Positions 40,958-52,714 of a stretch of 64,000 nt of DNA are shown in pieces. The notes under the pieces are model-generated. The model did not search any database. It was not told the origin of the DNA and worked only from the letters and a program-made list of their open reading frames with translations. Source of the stretch: Malacoraja senta (taxonomy: Eukaryota); assembly GCA_038087875.1 (NCBI GenBank), contig CM075979.1:24428001-24492000 (forward strand), written 5' to 3'. Position 1 is the first letter of the stretch. Each line of letters begins with the position of its first letter. The position numbers and the translations under genes were made by a program.

Positions 40958-42447
40958 AGTTATTTATAGCTTATACAAAGCAACATGGATTAAAATATTT
41001 CCTACAAAATATCTTAATCTAATAGAAATAAATTAATTTTGTTAAAGAGTAAAATGTTAACTTCTCTACAATTTTTGTACTAAAAAAATAATTGTTAATG
41101 ATAGTAATCAATAAGTTGATCATAACCAGAATGAGGTGATTGAGTTAAATCCTGATATTGAAACAATGCAATCACGAAATGGCAGATGCTGGAATTCTGA
41201 AATAAAAACAGAATACATTGCAAATACTGGAAACACTCAATAGAGTTAATGATCCTCTTTCCACAGATGCTGCCTGACCACCCGAGTGTTTGCAGCATTT
41301 TTTGTCTTATTTGAAACTCACTGAGACTAGGTACCAAAATATTAACTAGCTCCTTTTTATTTTCAGTTTAACTAAACTGCTATGAATTTCCATTTTTATT
41401 TGGGATTTCTACCATTCAGTTTCCTAGTTATATCCAACATGTATTTACAAACACTGACGAGTGTGGTGCTGGTAACAGCAACACTGATGCCAGATATTGG
41501 AACGTGGTTCATTTGAGTTGCAGAGTTCTTGAATAGTGCCTGTACCTAATTGATAGACTTTGAAAGCTGTTATTCGTCAAACTAAAAAAATTAAAAAACA
41601 TATCCTTTGGGGAAATTATTTAAAAATACTGGAGGGCACCATGGATCAGAAACTTAACCTGATCGACCACATTGATGGATGTTATAACTGGATGTTGTAT
41701 GGTAAATAGATTCCCTCACCAATCGCGAAGCTCTGCAGTGATTTATCTGCCTGGCAACTTATCTACTACCTGTGTACCATGGCAGTGCTTGATACTATTC
41801 TTTAAAATGCACTACAGCATTGCAATGCCAAGCCTGCAATTTCTATCACATAAAAAGGGTAACAGTCCTGCAGCAATGTTACCACTGACAAGTTCCTCTC
41901 AACATCGTGCAACGTTTTGGATTGGGTAAATGCAGCACCAACCTTTGCCAACAAAATCTAGGAACTCTTTACCCCACAATCTTGTGATGTTCATCACAAG
42001 AAATCCAATGATTCAAGGCAGTGGTTCCACCAGCACTTGACTTGTTCCTGGGCAATTAGAAACAGACCATGAATGGAGATCTTACCTGTGACTTCCACAA
42101 CACAAAATTTAATTTAAAAAAAGATATTCTCCTTTGCATGATAATTAAACATCAACATTAGTTTCATGATCTTTTTTATATTTCTTAATCCTATATACCA
42201 AGAGATTAAAAATAAATTGGATGGGAAAGTGCAGGTTAACTACATTTTAACATCCTTCAGCATGATAATTACCAGTAAGATCAGGTCTTTTTTTTCTTGA
42301 GTCTTTTATACTGGTTCAGTACCAACATTTTGCCATTTTGGGCTCAAGTGGTTTACAATTTCTTAAAATTTCACAGTCCTACTCTTTAAGGAAAACACCA
42401 TTTATAATTAGCATGCTTATGTGCTCAGTCAGTACTTGACCGGGGTT

Positions 42448-43411
42448 CTATAGAGCTGAGATGATAAGTTCTGCAGGCTTATTAGAGTTCGAATGGTTGT
42501 CTGCTGGAGTTGAAGTTCTCAACTTTGTATCCATAGTCAGGCACTCCTGGCTGCTAATGCAGGTTGGAGTAATGTCCATCAGTTCTCCTGATGAACTAAA
42601 TGGAAAGGAAGGAGACACCGAGATCCCAGATGAGGTCCCAGCATCTGCCGATCCGACAAACAAACGGGGTGGTTTTGGCACCAAATTGGGTTCAAACTGT
42701 GCCCGCTTCAGAATCTCGTGCTCACTTACTGACTTGGGAATTTCATTATATTCTTCTAAGTTGTCTTCAAGTACCAAATGATAAATGTCTTGGAAGGAGC
42801 TGCTTTTCCCATCCAAATTGAAAAGGCTGTCTATAAACTCGGCAAATTCAAGCACTTGTGGACTCGGCACCTCTCGCAGGCTCCCCGTCCACTCTTTGCT
42901 CTCGTCTTCCATTAGCAACGTGTCTGAGAAGCTATCATCTTCCACTTCTGCGCTTTGTTTGTATTCCTGCTCACCAAAATCTGCTTGCAGGGGGCTGGGC
43001 AGAGAGTAACAGCTGTTCTGCAGTGGCTCGAATGGTTGTACCTCCTGTGAATGTTTAGATAAACTATCTGCAGCAAGTAACTCAGTTCGGGAACTAAGAG
43101 AGGGGTTTTCCTCTGGAATTGCTGGATCAATGTAGAAACAAGGTGACTCATCTTTCTCCATTACGACGTGCAGACTTGGAGAGCCCCTGATGCTGCGAAA
43201 TCCAGAGGATCGGCGAGAATCAAAACTGTAGACTGACTCGTTGTCAGAAAGACTCTCCATGGTGGCGAGTGGAGCCCTCCGCTCCTCTGTTTCGGTCACT
43301 AGCCTATCCTTGGTGTTCATTAGTAGCAACTCAACGGGATCGCTTTGGCACTGAACATTCTGTTTTGTCCGATAGAGGTCTTCAAAGCTTAGTTCAGCTT
43401 TTGACTTACTC
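42448..43411 (-). CDS. DAGLA: DAGLA terminal coding exon, disordered C-terminal tail with Homer-binding PPRLF motif
   Basis: Acceptor cttttcag|G (phase 2), then 320 aa and TAG. Blocks RRAPLATMESLSD, SFDSRRSSGFRSIRGSPSLH, FYIDPAIPEENPSLSSRTELLAADSLSKHSQ, PSPQVLEFAEFIDSLFNLD and RAQFEPNLVPKPPRLF match recalled human DAGLA. Confidence 0.97.
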
Positions 43412-46358
43412 CTGAAAAGATAAAGAACAGTTACCCAACAAATTTTGCACCAGTACGTTAATATTGCCACTAAAGTGTTTATTATGTTCACACTTGATTG
43501 GCTAGGTGTAATGGATTGCATTTTATTTAGCATAAAGCAAAATAGAAATACTTCTGCATTTATTATGTTCCAAGGTGAACACACCCTTCACGTTATAATG
43601 CACGTGAAACTCATGCCACCAAAAACAGCATAAAATTCACAATTTGTTGGTCTCAACATCATAATTTAGATGCCTCTGGAAAAAACAACCCCTTTCTGCA
43701 AATAGCTTGTACACTGCTACCCGAGAGAGAATGCAGTCATTGGAATTTATTATTGCTGACAACAAAGAAATCGCAGTATATGAAACACAAGACTGCTACC
43801 ATGTACTAGATCAAGGAATAGATAAACAAGGTGAAGCAAATGTCTTGAGGCGCTCACTCCAACAATTACAAAGTTGGGGCAAGGGGGCAAAGTGCATCAA
43901 ACACTGAAGAGGCAGCTTTGTCTTTAGTGCCAGCAGATAAATGAGTGTGAAGCAGTTTCTCAGGAGCCAGAAATGATAAAAGGCACAGTAGCATAAATCT
44001 TCATGGCACTGAAAAAGATTTTTACCTTGCAGTTCACTTAGAATCCACATTCCTATGTGGTACATTTAAGTTCAGTTCTATATATTATATTTGAATGTTG
44101 TGTAACCTAAATATGTATACTGTAAATGTGGACATAAGTGTTAGCAAAAATTGGAACAAACTTGAAGTTATAAATATGAAGAATAAGTTTAAAAACATAC
44201 TGTGCAGATCACATCCCTTAAAAAGTTAAATGTAACAAAACAAGTTGGATATAGCCTGGCAAATAGTTCCAAAGAAACAGATAAATAAGTAGACAAATCT
44301 CATTTTACAGCTGGAGAAAACTGTGTATAGCATGATTTGACCACCAAAGTCCTACAATCCATCATGGGAAAATATCTTAAAGCCACAATTTTTCAATACA
44401 TCACCATATGTGATGTAGGGCTGTTAATATCTTCACAGCTCTAATTCCTTGTTTATTTCTTTTTTAAACTTGTACCATCAAATGTATTCATTTTGGGCAA
44501 TACTTATACTTCTGCAACTCGCTGATGTTATTGATACTGTTATTATATGTTATGATACTGTTATTATAGTTTATCTCAACAAATCTTAGAAAAGAACAGA
44601 TCAATCACTCAACATAATTTTTTTCAAATTGCTTTCTAAAAATTAACCATTGATTACAGATCTCAGTTTACTCTCTCTTGTTATGGAAAATTATACCTCC
44701 ATATTTTTCCTCAGCAACTCTTCATTACTCCACCCATGCGCCACAATTTGACGAGCATCAGTTTATTCCCCAAGACTTGGTTGATCTAGATCAGCACTAT
44801 TTATTAAACATAGACATACTAACTCCTGCACGATGAATTGAACATAAGTTTCAGTTCATCCGAGAATTAGGCTGCCATGGAAATTGCTGTCAAGTCATGA
44901 CTGTGTAGTTAGTGGGTGGGGAGCTCAAAGTATAATAGATGATTCCAACAAGCTTCTTAGATTACATGTAATACAGTTTTAACTACTGTATTTTAGGCAA
45001 AAATCCAATCAGATTGAGATTCAATTAGGTCATGGAAGTGCAAAAAAAGCTCTCTGTGCAACAGATGTTCTCTTGATGTCTGTTGATTACATTCATCAGT
45101 CTTAAGGTTGATGAATGCATGTTCCAAGTACAGCTAATGGTTTTTTGCTAACATCTGTGAAGTGACCTGTTGTGCAGCTTGTTTTTCTCTCTCTGGCACT
45201 AACAGTCCCTCAATGGCAAACTCGATCAGGAACATAAATCAAACAAATAAAAAAACTGCAGATGGTTAAAATCTGAAATAAAAAGAATGCTGGAAATGCT
45301 AAGCAACAACTGCGGAGAGAGAAACAAAATTAATGTTTCGGCTTCATGACCATTTGTTCTCATGGCCTTTCGTTCTCACAAAAGGCTTTCAAGCCAAGTG
45401 TAAACTATGTTCTTGTCATGATCAGGAAAAAACAGCATGAAGAACATATGGATTCTAAAAGCTCACAATTTGTTTTCCTGAAAAAAAAGAAGCAAATCTG
45501 TAGAAACGAAGAACTGCAGATGCTGGTTAATATACAAAAGGACACCATGCAGAATGGCATGCTGCCTGACTTGCTGAGTTACTCCAGCACTTTGTAACAT
45601 AAATTCTGATCCATTTTACACATAGACATCAGTGTGTAAGAAAGGAATATAAAAATAATTTAAAAATCTGGTAACTCAATAACAACGATTTGTAGATGAG
45701 GTGGTTTTCCTCTAGTTTTCCATTCGGCGGAGGATGGATGGCTCAGTGAGGCAACCAGGAGGGGAATTGGGTCCCTGGGTCTTTATATCCAACCAGATCC
45801 TGCCACACATGCCCCTCATTCCCACAAACCTGACCCTCTCTCATCCAGCTTCTTCCCTACCCATTCCTTCCATTGGTTTCCCAGTTCTCCCAGTTCTCAT
45901 CTGCCTACCACACCACCATTATTAAATGGCCATGTTCTGTGTTAATGCTTTGTTAAAGATATATCTCTGGTACTTGGCACATCGTTCAAGACATTTTTTA
46001 GATAAATAATATTATGGATGTATGTATATCCAGAGAGTCATCCCTCAAAACTGTAATAACAAACCTATATTTTTGGGAGTTTGGGTATTTGTGTTCAGAA
46101 TCCTTCTGACGATCCAGCAATATTTTAACAAGTCAAGCTTATTGTCATTTGTACAGGTATGGTGAGTTACAGGTACAATGAAAAATTTGCTTGCCACAGC
46201 ATCAGGCATGTAGACTTGGTTTATAAAAGAGTGAAAAGTAAAAGACAGTACAATGCAGTAACACAATTGGAAAACAAGCCCACGGCATTGCCTGCAGTGA
46301 TCCGTCGCAGAGGTAGGATTAGAATTGTGCAGATTAGCCTAATAATGGTAGGAAAGTA

Positions 46359-46489
46359 TTTAAGAAGGAACTGCAGATGCTGGAAAATCGAAGGTAGACA
46401 TAAATGCTGGAGAAACTCAGTGGGTGAGGCAGCATCTATGGGGCGAAGGAAATAGGCAACGTTTCGGGTTGAAACCCTTCTTCAGACTG
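46359..46489 (-). mobile_element. Short Penelope pLTR-derived insert with hammerhead-like core
   Basis: Minus strand CAGTCTGAAGAAGGGTTTCAACCCGAAACGTTGCC; flanked by ATGGTAGGAAAGTA, whose right copy is interrupted by TIR element copy 3. Confidence 0.8.
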
Positions 46490-46501
46490 ATGGTAGGAAA
46501 G

Positions 46502-47542
46502 TAGGTATGTTACAAAACTTACCTTCAGTCGCGCTGTAATTCTGCCACTGGCCGTGTGCGCGATTTTGGCGCCTTTAAGGGGGGGCGGGTTTAAAACGCG
46601 GGTTTCTCCTCCCTTGTCCTGGTTAATATTTTGTTGGAGTACAAGCGCTGGCTGAAGAATCGTTCCTAGTGGCGATTTGTGTATTTTTTATTTTTATTAA
46701 ATCGTCAATGTCAGCGCTACAGTAATTTTAAAAGCAGCTCCTGAAGCGTCAACGCCGATAACGGGGACGGATTTCACACACGGGACAGGTAAGCGAAAGT
46801 GGTTTCTTTAAATGTATAAAAGTGCTTCTTAAGAAGCCTTTAATTCACATTTTTTTATGCGACACGGTGATTTTATTCCCCGAATTAACGGCAGTATTTT
46901 TCATGCCAATACGGGGTTAAATTCACCGCAAATGAACGTTCCAAAAGATCGCGTTCCAGAAATCCTCACTCGCAAGATGAATTAAATCCCCATTAATTTA
47001 CAGGTATTAAACATTCAATTCCTTCCATTTGGCCTGTAAATTCATGAAAATGAGATTTAAAAATTATGTTATATTGTAAATGATTGTGTGAATGTTATTT
47101 GGACACTTAGGCTATTTAAAAATGTTAATCTATTCTTAAGAAATTGATAGATGTTTAGATCTAGTAATTGAATTTTGTAATTAGCTACAATTAGGTAACT
47201 AACTAATTATTTGCTTTACTTTCATGTCTTCTAAGTAAGATTGTTTCATATTTGTTTCAGAATGCTTCAATCTATAATAACTGAAAATTTCTTTCAGTTA
47301 TCTTAATTTTTAAGAAAATTATGGGCTTTTGACTGTCCTCGATCACAACTTTTGTGTTAAGTCAATGGAAAAGCAATAGGGAACAAGATGCTAATTTCCG
47401 AGTATGAAAATGGCCATAACTTCTTTAATACTGAAGATATGAAAGTGAATTAGATGTCAAATTAAACTTCTTTTTATGCTTTATCTGATGGGATAAATTG
47501 CAGACTTTATTTTTAAAATCTCAAAATTTTGTAACATTGCTA
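46502..47542 (-). mobile_element. Non-autonomous TIR DNA transposon, copy 3, in DAGLA last intron
   Basis: Reverse complement of copy 2; flanking direct repeat AGGAAAG at 46495-46501 and 47543-47549. Confidence 0.9.
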
Positions 47543-49157
47543 AGGAAAGTAATTGTTCCTGAACCATTGAAATGTTTTCATTTGAGATGTGCTGCCATTG
47601 GAAATCTATAATTCTACAAAGTTGCCTGTCTGCTCTGCACAAAATATTGGTTGGGTGAGTAATTATAACCATTTGTAATTATTTAATGGCTTCTTGTAAT
47701 CTTTGTACTTAAAGTGTGAAATCTTGCTGAATTGCAGCCTCTCCAAGGGAATCCTTGCTTCGAGCTGAATAAGCCTTTTGCATCTGTAGCTCCAGGCTTT
47801 ATGTCTCATTTAACAGTCACCACATCCGCACGCAACCTAAACATGCTGGAAAATTGCTGAGTTGTGGCTGCATGAGTCTGACCACCCTTTTCTAGTTTTC
47901 TTCAGTGGATATTCTTCCAAATCAACCTTGACAATGACAAACCAACAGATTAATTGATAGTGGAATCAACACAATAGAGCCCAACGATATGCTCATTTAA
48001 CACTGCATGTTATTAACAGTAGGACCAATAGCTAGCTACACAATTCTTAATTCTATAGCACCAAATATAATTTCCACTTTGCTATTGATTCCTTGCAGAG
48101 ATACTCTGTTAATCTACATTTTTTGTAACATGGCTTGGTAGATATCAACCTTAGTAACAGTATGGCATGAGGAAAGAAACTCCATTAGGAAAAACATATT
48201 TGTCATAATTTAAGGAACACACGAATGTCTTTAGATCAACTGTAGAATTAAACCCGACTGGTTTAAAAATGTTTTGCAAGCAAATTATCTAAACAATTTA
48301 GCCTTTTAAATAATTTATATAGAAAGAACAAATAATTTTTGTAGCTAACAAAGGTAAAAGGCAAGAAGTAAATGTTTGTATAAGCAAAGAATGAGCATTT
48401 GGGATTGGAAGCGCAACCTGTTAAGATCCCTAGGAAGAATTGCAAATTTAATCTGACAAGAACCTCTTACCCTTTAAAATTAAAAAAACATTAAAAAAAA
48501 GACAGGATTCATTTTACATTTGGAAAGCTCCAGTCAGGTTTGGCAAGTCCATACGATACGATAAAACTTTATTCATCCCCCGAGGGAAATTGGACTCCAT
48601 CACTCTTGGACTGTCCAATTGCAAAGGCTCAATCAGAGAATTGCTCAAAATTTAATTAATTTTCAATTTTAAGAGCTTTTCTGCAGAAAATTAACTCTGA
48701 TTATATTTGAATATTTTAAATGCATTCAGGAGGTCACACATGTATATTAAAATGGGAACTGACACTATAATTCTTTCAAACTTTCCTTTCATTCTTTTAC
48801 CTCTATACAAGTACACTCTAAATGGTGCTTTTGAAAAATGTCCAGATCTTGTATCCAGGCCTGTTTTCTCTCTCTTGTTGGTGCTATTGTAGTTTAAGTT
48901 TGAGCCACAGGTGAATGTTTCTGCCCAGCCTCTCCTTTGCTTGATTCTAAATGGATTGGGCCTTGAGTGCTGTCTTATTTTGACTAAGATTCCAACCAGA
49001 ATAAAAATCAGAATATTACCTATGCTGCAAAGAAACCACCATGTCTAAAACTTGCAACATTTGGCATTGGAAATGTTCTGCTGTGTATAAATGTCCTAAC
49101 AATATTTACATACCAATACCCAAACCCCATAGCTGTTAGAAGAGTAAAAGCTTACAT

Positions 49158-49422
49158 TGTGGCGTCAGCTGATACACAGACCACTTATGGTCGAACCCTC
49201 GTCAGTAGCTATGAAGGCTGTCACGTGACGTCAGGGACTAAGGGGAGTGTCCTGCTACATAAGCATATCTCACCTTGAGATCAGCCCAGTCAACAGGTAG
49301 CTGAGCTCGAGACAACAACTTCGCTCAGCTACAGCAGCAATGACAATTATGTTAGTGGACCAAACTTACATGTAACACCTGAATAAAGCAACTGTTTATT
49401 CACCACGTTTGGTGCCGCTACA
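49158..49422 (+). repeat. 5' LTR (265 bp)
   Basis: Direct repeat of 51033-51290; by-eye comparison gives 8 substitutions and one 7-bp indel. Confidence 0.95.
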
Positions 49423-49423
49423 T

Positions 49424-49436
49424 TGGTGACCCCGAC
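49424..49436 (+). promoter_or_regulatory. Primer-binding site complementary to tRNA-Trp 3' end
   Basis: TGGTGACCCCGAC lies one base after the 5' LTR and equals the start of the classical tRNA-Trp PBS (TGGTGACCCCGACGTGAT). Confidence 0.85.
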
Positions 49437-50238
49437 TATCCAAATTGGAATTTTGGATTTCTCTCGACACGCAGCCTCGGGAGACCTGATGTCTGCAGCC
49501 GACTGTCCAGCCCTGCAGAATGACGCTGCCGCCTTCCCGGCCCTACCCTAAGGTATGCCGCAGGCCGACCGGGTCAAGGGGCGCAGTCCAGGCCTTGTGT
49601 GACGGCCGCCAAGCTCTCCCGCATGACCTGCCCGGAGCCGACCACCGGAGCTGTGCGGCTGCCGTCGTTTCCCCACCAGCTGCTGGTCACCGGAGCCGAG
49701 AGGCCGCGGATGCTGTCGCTTCCCCACCAGCCGTCGCTGCCCCACCAGCTGCTGCAGGAGCTGCGAGTGTAGCAGCCCCCCGCATCACCGACGCACGCCC
49801 AATGGCCCCGGGAACAGAGAGTGAGCGGTCCTGCCCATTATCCCGCCGGCCGCTGGCCAAGGCATAGCCACCCGACGCAGCGGGCTTACATGTGGCAGCT
49901 GCCCGAAGACGTCCTTCTGCTCCTCACCGCCGCGGACCCCGAAGATCCCTGGGTGTTGGCTGCTCGTCTGGCCCAGCAGCGGGGTGGAGCCTCGGCCAGT
50001 CGTGAGTTGGCGGTCGCGCGACGAATTCCTCGGCAGCTTCCAGCTTCCGCCGAGTGCGCGGCAGCGCAGCCAGTCTCCATTGTCACCGGCGGCGGTGAGT
50101 CGAGTCCCTACCTGCAGCGGTGGGGCAAGGCCCGTCAATGCCGGCCGCCCCGCTCACATCTTGAATCGCCTTTAAATGCCGCCTCAGCCGGCCGCCAAAA
50201 TGGCCGCCGTGGCCGGCCGGAAGAGAAGCTCGACCTTC

Positions 50239-50538
50239 CTTGACCGCCGTCCACAGCACCACCTTCCAGCCGGATGCCGTCCCTGCAGCCTGACCACCGG
50301 CAACAGCGCCACCCTCAGGTCGGCTGCCGTCACTGCAGCCTGACCGCCGTCCACAGCGCCACCTTCCAGCCAGATGCTGTCCCTGCAGCCTGACCACCGG
50401 CAACATCGCCACCCTCATGTCGGCTGCCGTCACTGCAGCCTGACCGCCGTCCACAGCGCCACCTTCTGGCCGGATGCCGTCCCTGCAGCCTGACCACTGG
50501 CAACAGCGCCACATACAGGACGGAGGCTGTCACTGCAA
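50239..50538 (+). repeat. Higher-order tandem repeat (A-B)x3 of two diverged 50-bp monomers
   Basis: A=cctgaccgccgtccacagcgccaccttccagccggatgccgtccctgcag and B=cctgaccaccggcaacagcgccaccctcaggtcggctgccgtcactgcag alternate at exact 50-bp spacing. Confidence 0.92.
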
Positions 50539-51032
50539 CCTCTAGTTTTCCAGCACAGCTACCCATCCTGCACCATGGACACTGGACAATTTGAACTTAC
50601 CTACCACTTTGCACTTGATTGCTCACTGTACTTTGTTGTTTCTTTTCACTTTGTTTACACTGTATCACCACGCCGGGTTTAGCAATCAGTTTATTTTTTT
50701 ATTTAGTTTTTTTTCTTCGTTTGCATTGTTGCCGACGTCTCCCAGCCGTTGCTGGGGGCCGTATTTCTCAGGACACGATCCCCTAGCTGGTCGGGGAGAT
50801 GCAACTGTGTCTCTTCTTTCCGGCGGTTTTTGCATTGGTCTCCTCGCACCCCTCGGCATACCTCGGGATCGCCCACAGCCGGAGCATCGACTGCGCCCGT
50901 GGGCCCCTCCGTCCTGGCACGCGCCCGGGGTGCCCCCAACCCACATGCAGGAGCTGCCCTCGACCATGCTTGCGCACCTTCTTGTAGAAGGTTAGCGCAT
51001 TCTATTCCTTCCTCCAGTTCTGGGGGGGGTCC

Positions 51033-51290
51033 TATGGCGTCAGCTGATACACAGACCACTTATGGTCGAACCCTCGTCAGTAGCTACGAAGGCTGTCACG
51101 TGACGTCAGGGGCTAAGGGGAGTGTCCTGCTACATAAGCATATCTCTCCTTGAGATCAGCCCAGGTAGCTGAGCTCGAGACAACAACCTCGCTCAACTAC
51201 AGCAGCAATGACAATTATGTTAGTGGATCAAACTTACATGTAATACCTGAATAAAGCAACTGTTTATTCACCACGTTTGGTGCCGCTACA
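51033..51290 (+). repeat. 3' LTR (258 bp)
   Basis: Preceded by PPT-like TCTGGGGGGGGTCC and followed by TSD ACAT. Confidence 0.95.
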
Positions 51291-51523
51291 ACATTTCTAT
51301 ATTGCTGGTTATCCATGTGGTTCAGCATAGTGTTCCAGGTGATTAAGAATAACAGATCCACCTCAAGCTTGCGGAGGGGAAGGGAGAAGATAAGCATAGG
51401 AACAAGGGTGGAAATGATCGATCATTTTCAATACAGGTTGTGAGATGCTGAGCTGCTAGACTCAATTTAGGTGTCAAGATGATCTTGGTGAAAATTGTAA
51501 GAAAGCTAAAATCAAATACGAGT

Positions 51524-52130
51524 AACATAGAAAATAGGTGCAGGAGTAGGCCATTCGGCCCTTCGAGCCAGCACCTCCATTCAATAGGATCATGGCTGAT
51601 CATCCAAAATCAGTACCCCGTTCCTGCTTTTCCCCCATATCATAGAGACATAGAAAATAGGTGCAGGAGCAGGCCATTCGGCCCTTTGAGCCAGCACCGC
51701 CATTCATTGTCATCATGACTGATTGTCCCCAATCAATAACCAGTGCCTGCCTTCTCCCCATATCCCTTGATTCCACCAACCCCTAGAGCTCTATCTAACT
51801 CTCTCTTAAATCCATCCAGTGATTTGGCCTCCACTGCCCTCTGTGGCAGGGAATTCCACAAATTCACAACTCTCTGGGTGAAAACGTTTTTTCTCACCTC
51901 AGTCCTAAATGGGCTCCCCTTTAATTCTAAGACTATGGGCCCTGGTTCTGGACTTGCCCAACATTGGGAACATACAAGCCTAGTCTTTTCAATCTTTCCT
52001 CATATAACAGTCCCGCCATCCCAGGGATCAATCTCGTGAACCTACGCTGCACTGCCTCAATCACAAGGATGTCCTTCCTCAAATTAGGATCCCTTGATTC
52101 CGTTAGCCCTAAGAGTTATATCTAATTCTA
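51524..52130 (-). mobile_element. Two nested CR1 3'-end fragments
   Basis: Repeated CATAGAAAATAGGTGCAGGAG tail; the second copy (~51641-52088) sits inside the first. Confidence 0.75.
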
Positions 52131-52714
52131 ACAATCATGATTGTTCAGCTTTGAGCTAAATTTGAGATGAAAACCATGAAAGATTTATTCAAGGCCAGAA
52201 ATGCACAGTATTGGATGAATCTAAGACAATGGTTGCGTTGCTAGAAACATTTATAAAAACTAGTAATGTCAACTGAAGGAAGTGAGATGCAATGCTCAAG
52301 CTAATGGGGGGGGGGGGGGGGGGAAACTACACGTGTGAAATATGAAGGCGTGGATTAAAGAGAGACCAAGTCATTGAGCTGGGTACCAAAAACACTCATC
52401 AGCCAGAAGCATGTTCAAAACCAAGAGTTAGTATCTCAGAGTTTTGAAGTAAAAGACCACCCTCTCATTTGACCAACATGGGTAATTTTTTGTTCTCGTG
52501 TGCAATTCTCCCTTTAGATCAGTAAAATTATTACAAATGTCTGCTGTGTCTCTTTAATGATCATTACTTCAATTGGCCAACATTATCCAAAACATTTTTG
52601 ACTTTGAGGTAATGACATGGAATCGAGACTTGGACATCACACAAACTTTATAGTGTTCATCTTGCCTTATCCTCAAAATGGAAATGATTTTAGGGTGCCT
52701 GGATTGTTTTCTTT

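Larger units (their letters stand above)
34480..42447 (-). other. DAGLA: Putative long DAGLA 3' UTR, candidate distal AATAAA (minus) at 34499-34504
   Basis: Downstream of the stop on minus. 34500-39200 is largely repeat-free and AU-rich. The end point is inferred only. Confidence 0.35.
49158..51290 (+). mobile_element. Complete non-autonomous Ty3/Gypsy (CsRn1-like) LTR retrotransposon
   Basis: LTRs at 49158-49422 and 51033-51290 (TG...CA; the 3' LTR starts TA). TSD ACAT at 49154-49157 and 51291-51294. PBS TGGTGACCCCGAC, G-run PPT, and decayed gag (QLPEDVLLLL...DP, QRWGKARQCRPP). Confidence 0.93.

Noticed and set aside
43412-43584. N-terminal ~58 aa of the 378-aa ORF (MCSPW...YLFR)
   Set aside because: Intronic read-through upstream of the acceptor at 43412/43411; DAGLA similarity starts at SKSK.
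49165-49206. Possible hammerhead in the LTR (CTGA...GACCA-CTTA-TGGTC-GAA), i.e. a retrozyme
   Set aside because: A hairpin is present, but the CUGANGA and GAAA core is not matched.
50239-50538. CRISPR-like regular repeat
   Set aside because: No unique spacers, eukaryotic context, no cas genes; it is a tandem higher-order repeat.
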